64,000 nt of DNA from Eledone cirrhosa. Lineage: Eukaryota. The notes beneath the pieces were generated by a model that worked only from the letters and a program-made list of their open reading frames with translations, was not told where the DNA came from and did no database searches. Positions 23,605 to 37,400 of the stretch are shown piece after piece. Location: contig OZ024741.1 in assembly GCA_964016885.1 (NCBI GenBank), positions 203,856,001 to 203,920,000 of the forward strand, read 5' to 3'. A program made the position numbers and the translations under genes. How positions within the stretch are numbered: position 1 is the stretch's first letter; each line of letters starts with the position of its first letter.

Positions 23605-26600
23605 GAGTCTGAACAGACGTCTTTTTGCTCGCTCTCGTATGTTTATTTATTTACCTGTCAAAACTTATTTAATGAATTTCTTGTTGTTGTGTAAGGCATA
23701 CAAGCCCTTGGACTTTGCCCTGTGAAGGGGAAAGAATAATATTTGGGCCTTTTGGCCCAAATATTTGAACTCTTTTACATTTTAAAAAAATTATCGAAAG
23801 AAAAAAAACAAAAGAAAACATGTCTGAGCCATGCGTTATGTCTGCTGTCGTGCAACAACGACGTAGAAGTTGAGAGGAGCGTTACGGCGAAATTAACAGA
23901 AATTGATACACCAAACACCACAGTACGGCACCATTTCGGTGTTGTTCAAGTCAGAAGCCCTCGCTGTGAAACACGCTATGACTCCTTGCAAAACCAGCAA
24001 GGTCATAATGTACCCCTCCCACATGGGAAAAAGAACGGCCCGTCTCCGCATTTCCAGAATCCCACCAGGACTTGACATGTGGTGGCTTCTGGGATGTGCG
24101 ATTGTGGAGGGAACGGATACCGTCCCGATAGAAGTGACAAGAAATGCCAGAGAGGACTGGTCCGGGGTTGACCTGGAGATATTTCTCCAGATCAGGCCCG
24201 AGAATGTGAAGAGAATCCCGGACCACATCAGCCTTCAGAATGGGACGGTCATTCATATTATGACCGAGGTCAAAAGGCCGCATTGTTTTGTTTGTGGGGA
24301 AAAATCCCATTTGCGAGCCTTCTGCCCTCAACTGCTGAAAGATGCAAGGGGTCGAAGGGCTCCTCTGCTGCCGACCCCAGGGAGAGGACCACAACCAACA
24401 CCAGCACCGACAAAACCACCAACAACAACATCAATAGAAAGACCACCAGCAACATTGACCACCCGGGGGGGAAACCAGGAAAGTTGTCAAATTCCCCCTC
24501 CCCCAAAAAATACACACACCAATAAAAAACATAAACACACACACAGCACACTTACAGACACAGACCCCTCATCAAACAACCTAAACAGTAGTGAAGATGA
24601 GGGAAAACCAAAATCCCCCAAAATACAAAAAAGAAACACAAAAAGAAAAAAAAATCAAGAAATAACAACATCACCCACTATAAAAAAATGCAGACACCAC
24701 CCACGCGAACATATCCCCAATAACACCAACATCAACACCACCATCACCATCACCAGAATCCCCCAAACGCAAACAACCTAAACAGACGCAAGAACAAATA
24801 TACACACAAACATCTGAAATCACAGACACCGCACTCACTACAAACACAGACACAACCGAAACAACACCATCAAAACCATCACCAGCACAGCCACGCAAAC
24901 AAATACAATCCCACCAACAAAATATACAAAACTTTGTGCTCGTCAGGAGGGCCAACAGGGAACTGATGGCCCTCGTAGCACGAAGTGAAGATGTACAAAA
25001 AGAGGGGGAAATTTTTATATCGAGCACATTTCGCGTGCCGGAAGATTTGTTTCTGGTGCGAATGTCGCTCGATTTATACAAAGAGATACGAGACGTGGGA
25101 ACCCCGAACGTAAAACACACTTCAAGACTTTTAAAGGGGTTCCCAAAAGAAACCCCACCAACTATGGCGGTCGAACCACCCGACCTTCACATGGCCGTAT
25201 TAAGAGTAGGAAGTTTAAATGTTCGAGGCCTGGGATCGTCCTGGAAGCAGGGTCACCTGCTCAACGACCTCAGGTCTCTAGAAATGGATGTAATTGCCGT
25301 CAGCGAGACCAGGATTTCCGACACGCGCGCACTAGCTCCCATTTTCGACGACTATCAGATCTTTGCATCTGTTAGTCGGCCGGGAATGGGAGGCGGGGTG
25401 GCAGTGTTGTTTAGGAAAGGCCTGGATCTCGAGGTAAGGTAGATCTTCCGGGACCCGGACGGGAAGTTGGTGGTCTTGGACGAGAACAATAACGAAGGTG
25501 GTGCCTTTAGATTGGTGGCCGTCTACGCCCCTACTGGGGCAGAACGGCCGGACTTCTTTAGGCGCCTGGAAGCCTTTCTGGGTACGTCTCGCCCTTTACT
25601 GTTAGCGGGGGACTGGAACGGCATCTTAGACGCATGCTGGGACTGTGTGGGAGTATCCGATAGGAGCGGGGGTGCAAAAGCCTCAAGAACCTGATCAGCT
25701 AGTTCCAACTGTCTCACAGGTACCGACTAGATTTCCTTAATGCGCCAGTGTGGACCTTGACTAACTGCATAGGGTCATCTAGATCGTATATAGACAGGAT
25801 ATTCATTAGGAAAATAGACAGAAATAGTGTAAGCTGTTCACATTTTAAAACGGTCGCCTATTCAGATCACAAGTTTGTGATCTGTATGATCGACCTAGAT
25901 AAGACGCGTAGGTTAGGACCTGGTTACTGGAAGCTGAACATCTCATTTCCGGCACGTAAGGCTTACAGGGACCATGTCAACAATTTAGTTAAGAAAAGGT
26001 TGACAGGGGGAGTCGTCAACAATAGATGGTGGAGGGCTCTCAAAAGAGAGAGATAGGGTAATGTCGATAGAGTTTAGCAAAGAAGTAGCGTTAGAGAAAA
26101 ATAGAAAGGAGAGGGAGTTGGTAAATAAGTTAGACGAGGCTATTGGTAGTGGCATTGCAACTAATGTGCTAGCGGCGAGAATGGCATTAGACGATTTCTT
26201 CAATGCGAAACAAGAAGGTTGCATTGTCAGAGCTAAGGCGCGTGCTCTGAGAAACGAGGGAATCAAAGCTGTTCGATGGGCCCGCGTGGCAAAGGCGCAG
26301 CGTGGTAATAAAACCACGATTCGGTCTTTGACAGGCCGAAATGGACAAGAGCTGAGCGATTCCAAGTGGATGTGTGAGGCCTTTCGCCAACATTTTGCTA
26401 GGTTGTTCGGGGGAAGTGGTGGGTCAGAGGTGGTGGCGGACTTCAGTCCCTACCTCGATGGCCTGCCGCAACTCTCGACGGCTGACGCTGGGCGCTGCGA
26501 AAGGCTGATTACTTCAGCCGAGATTCAGGATGCCCTTGTCGGCTGCCCATTCAGGATGCCCAAGTCACCCGGTTTGGATGGTCTGCCCTACGAGCTTTAC

Positions 26601-28784
26601 GTAAATATGCCACACTTGTTCTCCAATTTCCTCGAAGCGCTCTACTGCAACTGGCAGCAGAAGTGACGCTAATAAGGAAAGACGAGAACAAGAGTGACAC
26701 AGACAATTTCAGGCCCATAACTCTGCTCAACTCAGAGTTTAAGATTTTGGCCAGGGTGTTAACGAAGAGGTTGGCGCTTTGGTTGGGGAGGCGCAAACTT
26801 GCGCAATCCCAACCAAGTCCATACACGACAACCTTCACCTGATGCGATACATCATAGAGAGGGTAGGGTGTAAACCTGGCTTCGGTGGGGCTCTGATCAA
26901 TTTAGATCAATCGAAAGCATTCGATAGGGTCGAACATCGGTACCTGGAGGCTGTCCTCAAGGCGGCTGGCTTCGGTCCCGTCTTCAGAAGCTGGATCGCT
27001 GCAATGTACAGCTCGGTGGTCAAAATTAATGGTCACCTCTCGGAACCGTTTCAGGTTTCCCGATCGGTCCGTCAAGGGTGCCCTCTCTCCTCCCTTCTGT
27101 ACGTATTGACTCTCGAGCCTTTACTGCAGAAGCTGGGGCTGTTGAAGTGCATCCCGCTCGAACCGGGACGCGGAAAGGCTGTGTCCGCTTATGCGGACAT
27201 CACCGTGTGGGTGTCGGACACCTCAGAAATCGAGGTGGTCGGCAACTTATTGGAGGAATATGAAAGGGTAACGGGAGCAAAACTTAACCCGGAAAAGTTG
27301 GTGGGCTTGCAACTCGGCACCTGGAGAGGAAAGTCCATGCCGTCCAACAGCGTCGTTAGGAGCTGGACGGACGGACCGGTAAAGTTGCTCGGGGTTTGGT
27401 TCGGGCCAGACCTCCAGGTGGATAAGAACTGGGACGAGGTGACAGGCAGGGTAGCCAGTCTCACCCAGAAATGGGCTGGGATGAAGCTATCACTGAAAGG
27501 TCGGGCGGAGGTGGGGAACGCGTACATCGCGTCCGTCATCTACTACCGTCTGACTGTCGTCCCTTGCCCTCGTTCGCGCTACGCCATCTTGGAGCGGCTC
27601 CTCTTCAAATTCTTGTGGAAGGGTCAGGTTCCGGTGGTGAGGCGGTCCATCTGCTGCCAGTACCCTCTACGTGGAGGGCTGGGCATGCCGTGGCTAATGA
27701 TGCGTAGACACGCGTTGAGGCTGCGGCATCTCCAGATATTCTGCCTAAACGGTGAACAGGTGTGGTCGCCGTTTGTCATACGGGCCTTTCCGCAGCTCGT
27801 CTCTTTGACTGAGCTGCAGTCCTGGGTCAAGAAGAGACCGAGACTGGGTGACTGGCATCTGGAATGTTGCCAGGCACTCACTGCCCTCTACCAGGCGGGC
27901 AATGCGGTCAGTGGAACTTCCACTCTCGAGTTATATAGAGGGTTAGTGGTGGGAGAGTGCTACAACGCACTCGGAGAGGCTCTGGGAGTCGACGAAGTCG
28001 AACTAACCAGTCTGTTCGGGAGGACTTTCCAAAAATCCCTCGCTTGGCAGTGCTACCGGGAGGCACTGCCGGTTCGAGATAAACTCTACAGGCACGGAAG
28101 TGCTGTCAGACGGACCTGCCCGAGATGCACGCAGAGCGACGAAACCGTTCTGCACGCACTCGTCCAGTGTCCGTGCATTACTGACTTGTGGAGTTATGTC
28201 GAACAGCTGTTGTCGCGTGTAGAACGGATCCGGCTATCGGCCGAGTCCATAGTGATGATCGACCTGCCGCCTTCTTTTGGCCAGGAAGGGCAGGCAATTT
28301 TCCTCTGTCTGGTGGCAGTAGCGAAAGAGGTTGTATGGTGGACGAGGTTGAAAGGACTGATGACAGAGACTTTTCTCTTCGGCCAATCCCTCATCAACTA
28401 TTTCAAGTTTCACTTGGAAAGGAAGGTGAGGGGGGAGAGAGAAGTGCTTCCCCCCAGTACATTTGCTGAAAGGTGGGTGAATGTGGCGAGAATGGCCCGT
28501 GTGAGTGGGCCTACTCTGGTCATGCGCCTGTAAGTGGGTAAATTTGAGGAGGAGAGGGGTGCCCTTCCAGGGTGCTCTTGAAGCGTCGGGTCGTTCAGGA
28601 TTGGTGGGGTACCTGAGCGAACCCTGGGTGGTCATCCCCCCTATTGGGGAATTTTTCTTGTATATTTCTTGTTACTTTGTTATTGTTATTCATATTGTTT
28701 ACTCGATTTTTCTATAAAACCCCACTGTCCCAGTCTTTTGTATTTTCACCTATATGTCGGCCTTTGTGGCCAATAAATGAAATC
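23605..28784 (+). mobile_element. Tx1-like element B3, probably full length
   Basis: ORF1 with KRPHCFVCGEKSHLRAFCP; ORF2; ends TTGTGGCCAATAAATGAAATC then ATTATT. Confidence 0.88.
25191..28533 (+). pseudogene. Tx1 ORF2 of B3, disrupted
   Basis: MAVLRVGSLNVRGL; 584-aa open C-terminal part with SAYADI and CPRCTQSDETVLHALVQC. Confidence 0.85.
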
Positions 28785-28815
28785 ATTATTGGTAGTAGTA
28801 GTGGGCGGTAGCAAG

Positions 28816-29008
28816 GGCGGTGGATTGGCAGTATCGGTAGAGGGTCGGACGCTATGCTTTGACGTTTAGAGTTACGGCCCTTGCCATTCTGAGTTCAAAT
28901 CCCGCCGAGGTTAACTTTGCCTTTCATCCTTACGGGGTCGATAAAATAAAGTACCAGTAATGCTCTGGGTTATTTCTGGCCTTGTGCCAAACGTAGAAAC
29001 AATTATTG
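28816..29008 (+). mobile_element. tRNA-derived SINE, full length
   Basis: GGCGGTGGATTGGCAG head, GAGTTCAAATCCC, core, AGAAACAATT tail. Confidence 0.85.
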
Positions 29009-29034
29009 GTAGTAGTAGTAGTAGTAGTATTAAA

Positions 29035-29260
29035 TGGGCAGAGTAGTATTAACAGAGTCGTTGATGCAGAGCGTGCCGGATGTAGAAATATGTGTTCCGG
29101 CTTTTTACATTCTTAGGTCAAATCTCACAAAGGTCACACTTTGCCTTTCATCATTCCGAGATCGATACAATAAAATACCAGTCAATTACTGGGGTCGATT
29201 TAAACAACTTTCCCTCCCCACGAATTACTGGCCTTATGCCTACAATAGAAATACTTATTA
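29035..29260 (+). mobile_element. Older SINE variant
   Basis: TTTGCCTTTCATC..ATAAAATACCAGTC..TGGGGTCGAT..CTGGCCTT. Confidence 0.7.
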
Positions 29261-29500
29261 AAGTTGATGTTATTGTTGTTTTTATTGTTTGTGTTAATGT
29301 GCACATTAGTAATGTGACCATCTCTTCCCATCACTCGAATAAAGGAAAAATGTCGAATTTTAAGGGAGAAGTTGAGAAATATTGCTTGTCAAAAGTATTC
29401 AAACAAATCGTATTTTGTCCCCATAAAGTAAGCGAGGTGGACACACAAACTGTATTTCGTCCCTCATGATATAAGCTTGTTGGACACACAAACTGTATTA

Positions 29501-32180
29501 TCTCACAAACTACATGGTAAACAGTGTGGTCTCATAAACTACATGGTAAACAGTGTGGTCTCACAAACTACATGGTAAACAGTGTGGTCTCATGAACTAC
29601 ATGGTAAACAGTGTGGTCTCACAAACTACATGGTAAACAGTGTGGTCTCACAAACTACATGGGGAACAGTGTGGTCTCACAAACTACATGGTAAACAGTG
29701 TGGTCTCACAAACTACATGGTAAACAGTGTGGTCTCATAAACTACATGGTAAACAGTGTGGTCTCATAAACTACATGGTAAACAGTGTGGTCTCATGAAC
29801 TACATGGTAAACAGTGTGGTCTCAGAAACTACATGGTAAACAGTGTGGTCTCATAAACTACATGGTAAACAGTGTGGTCTCACAAACTACATGGTAAACA
29901 GTGTGGTCTCACAAACTACATGGTAAACAGTGTGGTCTCATAAACTACATGGTAAACAGTGTGGTCTCATAAACTACATGGTAAACAGTGTGGTCTCAGA
30001 AACTACATGGTAAACAGTGTGGTCTCATAAACTACAAGGTAAACAGTGTGGTCTCAGAAACTACATGGTAAACAGTGTGGTCTCATAAACTACATGGTGA
30101 ACAGTGTGGCCCCACAAACTATAAGGTAAACAGTGTGGTCTCACAAGACTTAAGGTAAACAGTGTGGCCCCACAAACTACATGGTAAACAGTGTGGTCTC
30201 ACAAGCCTTAAGGTAAACAGTGTGGCCCCACAAACTATAAGGTAAACAGTGTGGTTTCACAAGCCTTAAGGTAAACAGTGTGGCCCCACAAACTACATGG
30301 TAAACAGTGTGGTCTCACAAGCCCTAAGGTAAACAGTGTGATCCCACAAACTATAAGGTAAACAGTGTGGTCTCACAAGCCTTAAGGTAAACAGTGTGGC
30401 CCCACAAACTATAAGGTAAACAGTGTGGTCTCACAAGCCCTAAGGTAAACAGTGTGACCCCACAAACTATAAGGTAAACAGTGTGGTCTCACAAGCCTTA
30501 AGGTAAACAGTGTGGCCCCACAAACTACATGGTGAACAGTGTGGTCTCACAAGCCCTAAGGTAAACAGTGTGGCCCCACAAACTACATGGTAAACAGTGT
30601 GGCCTCACAAGACTTAAGGTAAACAGTGTGGCCCCACAAACTATAAGGTAAACAGTGTGGTCTCACAAGCCTTAAGGTAAACAGTGTGGCCCCACAAATT
30701 ACATGGTGAACAGTGTGGTCTCACAAACCTTAAGGTAAACAGTGTGGCCCCACAAACTATAAGGTAAACAGTGTGGTCTCACAAGACTTAAGGTAAACAG
30801 TGTGGCCCCACAAACTACATGGTAAACAGTGTGGTCTCACAAGCCTTAAGGTAAACAGTGTGGCCCCACAAACTGTAAGGTAAACAGTGTGGTCTCACAA
30901 GCCTCATGGTAAACAGTGTGACCCCACAAACTACATGGTAAACAGTGTGGTCGCACAAGCCCTAAGGTAAATAGTGTGGCCCCACAAACTACATGGTGAA
31001 CAGTGTGGTCTCACAAGCCCTAAGGTAAATAGTGTGGCCCCACAAACTACATGGTAAACAGTGTGGTCTCACAAGCCTTAAGGTAAACAGTGTGGCCCCA
31101 CAAACTATAAGGTAAACAGTGTGGTCGCACAAGCCCTAAGGTAAACAGTGTGGCCCCACAAACTACATGGTAAACAGTGTGGTCTCACAAGCCTTAAGGT
31201 AAACAGTGTGGCCCCACAAACTATAAGGTAAACAGTGTGGTCTCACAAGCCTTAAGGTAAACAGTGTGGCCCCACAAATTACATGGTAAACAGTGTGGTC
31301 TCACAAGCCTTAAGGTAACCAGTGTGGCCCCACAAATTACATGGTGAACAGTGTGGTCTCACAAGCCTTATGGTAAACAGTGTGGCCCCACAAACTACAT
31401 GGTAAACAGTGTGGTCTCACAAGCATTAAGGTTAACAGTGTGGCCCCACAAACTACATGGTAAACAGTTGTGGCCCCACAAACTACATGGCGAACAGTGT
31501 GGTCTCACAAGCCTTAAGGTAAACAGTGTGGCCCCACAAACTATAAGGTAAACAGTGTGGTCTCACAAGCCTTAAGGTAAACAGTGTGACCCCACAAATT
31601 ATAAGGTAAACAGTGTGGCCCCACAAACTATATGGTGAACAGTGTGGTCTCACAAGCCTTAAGGTAAATAGTGTGGCCCCACAAACTATATGGTGAACAG
31701 TGTGGTCTCACAAGCCTTAAGGTAAATAGTGTGGCCCCACAAACTATATGGTGAACAGTGTAGTCTCACAATCCCTAAGGTAAACAGTGTGGCCCCACAA
31801 ACTACATGGTGAACAGTGTGGTCTCACAAACCTTAAGGTAAGCAGTGTGGCCCCACAAACTATATGGTAAACAGTGTGGTCTCACAAGCCCTAAGGTAAA
31901 CAGTGTGGCCCCACAAACTACATGGTGAACAGTGTGGTCTCACAAGCCTTAAGGTAAATAGTGTGGCCCCACAAACTATATGGTAAACAGTGTGGTCTCA
32001 CAAGCATTAAGGTAAACAGTGTGGCCCCACAAACTACATGGTGAACAGTGTGGTCTCACAAGCCTTAAGGTAAATAGCGTGGCCCCACAAACTACATGGT
32101 GAACAGTTTGGTCTCACAAGCATTAAGGTAAATAGTGTTGCCCCACAAACTATAAGTTAAACAGTGTGGTCCCACAAAGT
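29501..32180. repeat. 29-bp tandem repeat (about 90 units) that becomes a 58-bp dimer
   Basis: Unit GGTAAACAGTGTGGTCTCACAAACTACAT (period 29516 to 29545); from about 30100, GGCCCCACAAACTA and GGTCTCACAAGCCTTAA units alternate. Confidence 0.95.
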
Positions 32181-32409
32181 ATTAGGTCAATGGTGTGTTC
32201 TCAAAAACGTTTCAAAACTTCCGTTAAAATAAAATCAAAAAAAATATTTTTTATTTGAGTTGTGTTTGAAAAACACAACTCAATAATAACAGTGGCAATA
32301 ATATACAACTTTCCAGAGGTTAATGACTGAAGCAAATAATTGTATTGTATCCTAGGCTCTCAAATGCTGATAGAATCGTTGGAGCACCGTTGTGATATGC
32401 TGTGCACTA

Positions 32410-33950
32410 GTCATCTTCACCAGCCGTGGTTGCGTTCCCGATCTCGTGTCTCTGCTAATGATTTGCCTGTCCACTCTTTGATGTTGTCTTCCCATATATT
32501 TTTCTGGCCACCTCTGTTTCTCACTTCCTTTCCTCAGTTACTTGAAGGAATATCTTTGCAAGGCCATTTGATTTTGTTGCTTGACTATACTATCTGAATT
32601 TTCTTTTGTTCACTAGCGTAAGAAGGTCTTTATTGGGGCCAACGTGATGTTGGATTGTTTTACAAACCTGCAGGTTTGTTATATGGTCTATGTATGAGAT
32701 GCCTCAGACGTTGCGGTAGCATCTTATTTTTTAGTCTCTGTATCTTTATCTATATCTCTGAAGTGAGGGGCCATATCTCCCATGCGTACAAGCAAATGGA
32801 GAGTACCAGCGCTTGCAGGGGTCTAATCTTGTTATTCATTGTTATGTTCCTTCTTTTCCCTGTTGGTTTGATTTTGGTTAGTCCAGTCATTATCTGCGCA
32901 TTTCTTGAAAGGATTTCTGGTTTTCGTCCTGTATCATTAAAGATCACCCTCAGATATTTAAACTGCTGCACTGTCTCTAGTTTTTGTCCTTGTACAGAGA
33001 TGTCTGTAGGGATGACACCGTACGTGTTTGTCATGAGTTTGATATTTTCGGCATTCCAAACACGGTGAAGGCTTTATCAAGGTAATTAACTGAGTCGACT
33101 AATTCATCTTCTTTTCTTGCCAGGTCAACAATCTCGCTTGCAAATCTTAAGATTGTGATGTTACCTCCCTTCAATGTTAACAGTGTCCCCATGATCTACA
33201 AGGCATCAAACATGATCCTCTAAAAGAAGATATTTCATAGTGTAGGAGGACGGAGGCAGACTTGGCGGGCGGGTACAATGTTATGGTACCATTTTCCAAT
33301 GGTGTTTAGTACAAGTATTGCACTAGTTGCTTTGACATAAAGCTGTTGTGCCAAATGTTAAATTTCATCAGAATAGCCCATAGAGCATCATGTCAGACTC
33401 GACCAAAGGCCTTCTTGGAGTCAATGAAGACATGGTACAGAAGATATTTCTCACAGAAGGTGCGGAGGCTGAAGATATATCGGTAGTGCTTCTAAATTTA
33501 CGGAAACCAGCTTGATCCTAAGCTATGATGGTATCTGCCTGGGGTCTTAGTCAATTAAGCAGTCCAGCAGATATGAACAATACTCTTTGAATTTGTTTCG
33601 ATCTAGCATTATCACTCAAAGATCCGTTAAATTTCCTCCCGTGTCAGCACATAGCATATCCAGATACATTGTTGCAGGACGACCTCTACTTCTATGACCG
33701 TTTATTGATTGCCTCTCATGTCTCTATAGACTGATGTTTGGTTTTAACTGAATCTTTTATTGATCTTTTGCCTTTCAGCCACTAACTTCGGATATCGAAG
33801 TTTCTCGTTAACAACTTCCAATTCTTGTTTGAGTCTGATCAACTTCTATTGGTGAGTTTTGCTTGTACTGTCTACAAACATCATTTCTAATTTTTTCACT
33901 TTTTGTTAGTGTCGAGCGCATCTTTTGGTTTTGGTTTACATGTGATAAGC
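32410..33950 (-). mobile_element. Degenerate RTE-like LINE
   Basis: KLETVQQFKYL..NKIRPLQALVLSICLYAWEIW; remainder heavily decayed. Confidence 0.65.
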
Positions 33951-34443
33951 ATTATCACATGAACGACAGCTTTTCGTAGATTAGCGATCTTTTTTTATTT
34001 TAGCAACACAATGGCCTTGGGGGTTTGTTTTCTTTCTATTAACATATCTAATATCACATACTCTCAGTTCTTGAATAATCGTCCCACCCCGCTTAGTAAT
34101 TTTTCAGATTTTATCCAACCCCACCGCTCATTTAATTTTGTTAATCTATCTCCAGCGAAATTTTATTGTGACTCATATCGATACAGTAGCTGGATAATCT
34201 AATAATAATTATATTTTAAATCAAAAAAACATTATGACATAAAAGAACATTACAAGAAATCCCATATTTACAAACGTACACTATACAATTACCAATCTCC
34301 CCACCTCCGTTTATTCCTCTACCCCACACACTTCTAAGAATTTAAGCAAATGTCTAACTCCCCCTCCTCGCTTCTAAACCCCCCCCCCCCCACCATTATT
34401 TAGGGCCTGAGAGTAGATCATGCTTTACAAGTATGTATGTATG

Positions 34444-37400
34444 TTCTTCTGGTTTTATAATTTCATAATTTTTTTCTCAATAGAGAGTCGGTTTCTAACA
34501 TAGACACAAGACTCTCTCATTGGAATTTACACATCAACTAGGTAGATATGTATGTATGCATGTGTAGATATGGATGTTATTGTATGTGTGGATGTGTATG
34601 TTTTGAGTTGTATGTGTGCATGTGTATATGCTTTGTATCTGTACATATGTATATGCAGTTATTAGATGCAACATTTTTGGAATGTTTTACATATTTTTAC
34701 TGTTCCATTAATGGATTGAACTTGTAACTTACTAACTAGTTGTGTTCTTTCTGTTCCTGTGAAGCCTATCTTCTCAAGATTTGTATTGAGGCAGTTACTA
34801 ACATACCCCAGTGCACCAATAATAACAGGCATAAATCTGAAGGTGTAATCAGGGTGGAGTATCTACAGATTTCTCATCAGTTCCGCATAAATTTTCTCCT
34901 TTTCGCTAATCTTTGATATTATATTGGCATCTGCTGGGCAGCTAATTTCCACTACTGTGCATGTTTTCTTCTACCTGTCCCATATCATGATATCTGGTCT
35001 GTTATGCCTGCATTTTATTGGGGTTTTTACTGGCACATTCCACCAGTACTCTTTCATATTATGTACATGGATGTCTTCCACATTGTTGTAATTTTTAATG
35101 TGTTTATTATCGGGGCTATCTTTTTTACGAACTGCATCGTACAGTGTTTTGGCCACTACATCATGCCTCATAGGTTAATAGTACCGCGATGACATTTTGG
35201 ACAGCTGCTGATGACATGGGTGATATCCTCGATGTTAGTTCTGCAGAGTCTGCTCTTGTTATCACATCTAGGTGTTTTGCCTGCATCCCTATCTCTTTTG
35301 TGAATCAGGTATTTCGTGCTAATCTCCTGTTCCTTGATTGCAAAAGCGTATCCTTCAAAGTGGGAGCCAATATAGCGGTTGTTGGTCCAAGATAGACTAC
35401 TTTCCTTATCTATATTACTCTCACTCTGGAGCTTCCTGGCAACATATCGATGCATGATTTTTTGCTGATAGGCATGCAGTTTTTCATCCATGGATTCACT
35501 GCGAAACTGCTGAGCGACATCCCTGGGTGTGAGTTTTTGATTATCACACAGGGAATATCTCTCAAGGAGTTCCTTCCCAACTCTCATGATCTTATCTGTT
35601 TCATGCAGATAGACTTGCTCGAGAAACGGGCTCCTACGCTTCGAGGTTCGTAGATGATGTCGGAGAGATGTGATGCGACATTCAAATGTTGTCTGGACTG
35701 ATGTTAGGCCTCTGCCTCCCTGCTTACGTTTCAAATAAAGGCGGTCTATGTCACTGTTGATGTGGAAGTTTCCGGTGTTGTTCAGTATTTTACGAGTTCC
35801 AACATCAACTGCTCGGATTTCGTCTATCGTCCAATTGAGTATTCCAAACGTTGGTGTTAGGACAGGCACAGCAAACACATTGTGAGCCATTGTTTTGTTT
35901 TGCGCAGCGAGTGCCGATGACCAAATCTTTCTTAATCGGGTGTAGTATTCCCTGGTTACGCGTTCCTTATTACAGATACCATTATAGGATATGTTCTCAT
36001 CTATCCCAGGTATCTGTAGCAGTCCTCATCAGATATTGGTGAAACAGTAAGGTCATTGATGACAATGTTACTAGATTGGGTTGTTATTTTTCCTCGCTTT
36101 ACAGTCATACATGAACATTTATCTTGGCCAAATTCCATTCCTATATCCTTTGAGAACGTTGTAACCAGGTCAAGATTTTTCTTCATCCCATCCATGTTCT
36201 TGGCATAGAGTTTCAGATCATAGGATCATATGTTCGTGTGAACCAATGATTTATGCTTCACATTTCTGGAACAGAAAGGACAAGGGGTTTAATGACAGGA
36301 TGAATAATATCACAGAGATGATAATAATGTCTGGGACTTTAGCAATTTGGAGGGCCTCTATCATCCAAGAGTGGGGAACAGAATCAAAAGCTTTCCTGCA
36401 GTCCAGCCAGACTGTAGCCATATTCTTCCTAAGTTGTCGCACCCCCGACATCGCAGTTTTGTTGATTAGGAGTTGTTCAGCACATCCCCAAACCCCTGTC
36501 TTTCCAGCTGCTTGTTCATCTGTGATGATGTTATTATTTTCACAGTGATCTTAGAGGAATAGGTTCAGGTAGGCTGTATACGTCTTATACATCAGGTTCT
36601 GGCATGCAATGGGTCGGTAGTTTTTTTTGCCAAGTGGGTGTCTTTGCTCTTGGGGACCAGTAATGTTTGTGCTAATGTCAACTATTCTGGTATAAGTGTA
36701 TCTCCCTTAAGAACTTGTTGGTAGAGGTCAGTAAGATACCTCCGATAGAATATCAGTTTTTTTTTGTACCAGTAGCCGACAATCACGTCTCTTCCTGGTG
36801 TTTTCTTATCTTGGAGTTTTCCTATCACAGTTTCAAGAGTACCCTCACTTATTTCGTATGTTTTTGTTGTAGTGTAGGAGCAAGAGTTCTTTCGTTCGGA
36901 TTTCTCTTAGCCACACTGCATCTTGGTTGAAATTCTTCTTTCCACTCCATATTTTTCTCCAAAAGGAATCTATGTCTTTCTGGGATGGGGCCTCAGTGAC
37001 ACTTATTATTTTGCCCTTCATATCTCTATAGACTGATGTTTGGTTTCGTCTGAATCTTTTATTAAGCACTTTTCTTTCATCTACCTTCTTCGGGTATCGG
37101 CGTTTTTCGTTAACAGCTCTCAATTCTTGTTTGGGGGTGATCAGCTTATATTGAAGAGTTCTGGTTCTACTGTTACCAAACATCGTCTCTATTGTATTTT
37201 TCACTCTTTGTTGGTGAGGAGTGAGGTTTTTTTGTGTTTGTTTGCATGTAAGGAGCATTGTCACATATCCTATGGTTTTTTGGTAGGTCAACGATCTTTT
37301 TTTTATGTTAGTTATATATGATGGTATTTTTGTTAATATCTCTGCTATCACCAAGATAATGCTTCACTGTCGTTGATAGTGCATATAAACAGGCGTTGAT

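Noticed and set aside
1-28784. Prokaryotic RT system (retron, DGR, group II intron) or telomeric retrotransposon array
   Set aside because: Domain content is that of eukaryotic LINEs, there are no TTAGGG repeats, and a host gene lies in the same window
29501-32180. CRISPR array or RSS-like (CACAGTG/ACAAAAACC) array
   Set aside because: Units are contiguous with no unique spacers, no cas genes are present and the context is eukaryotic; heptamer-nonamer spacing is not 12 or 23
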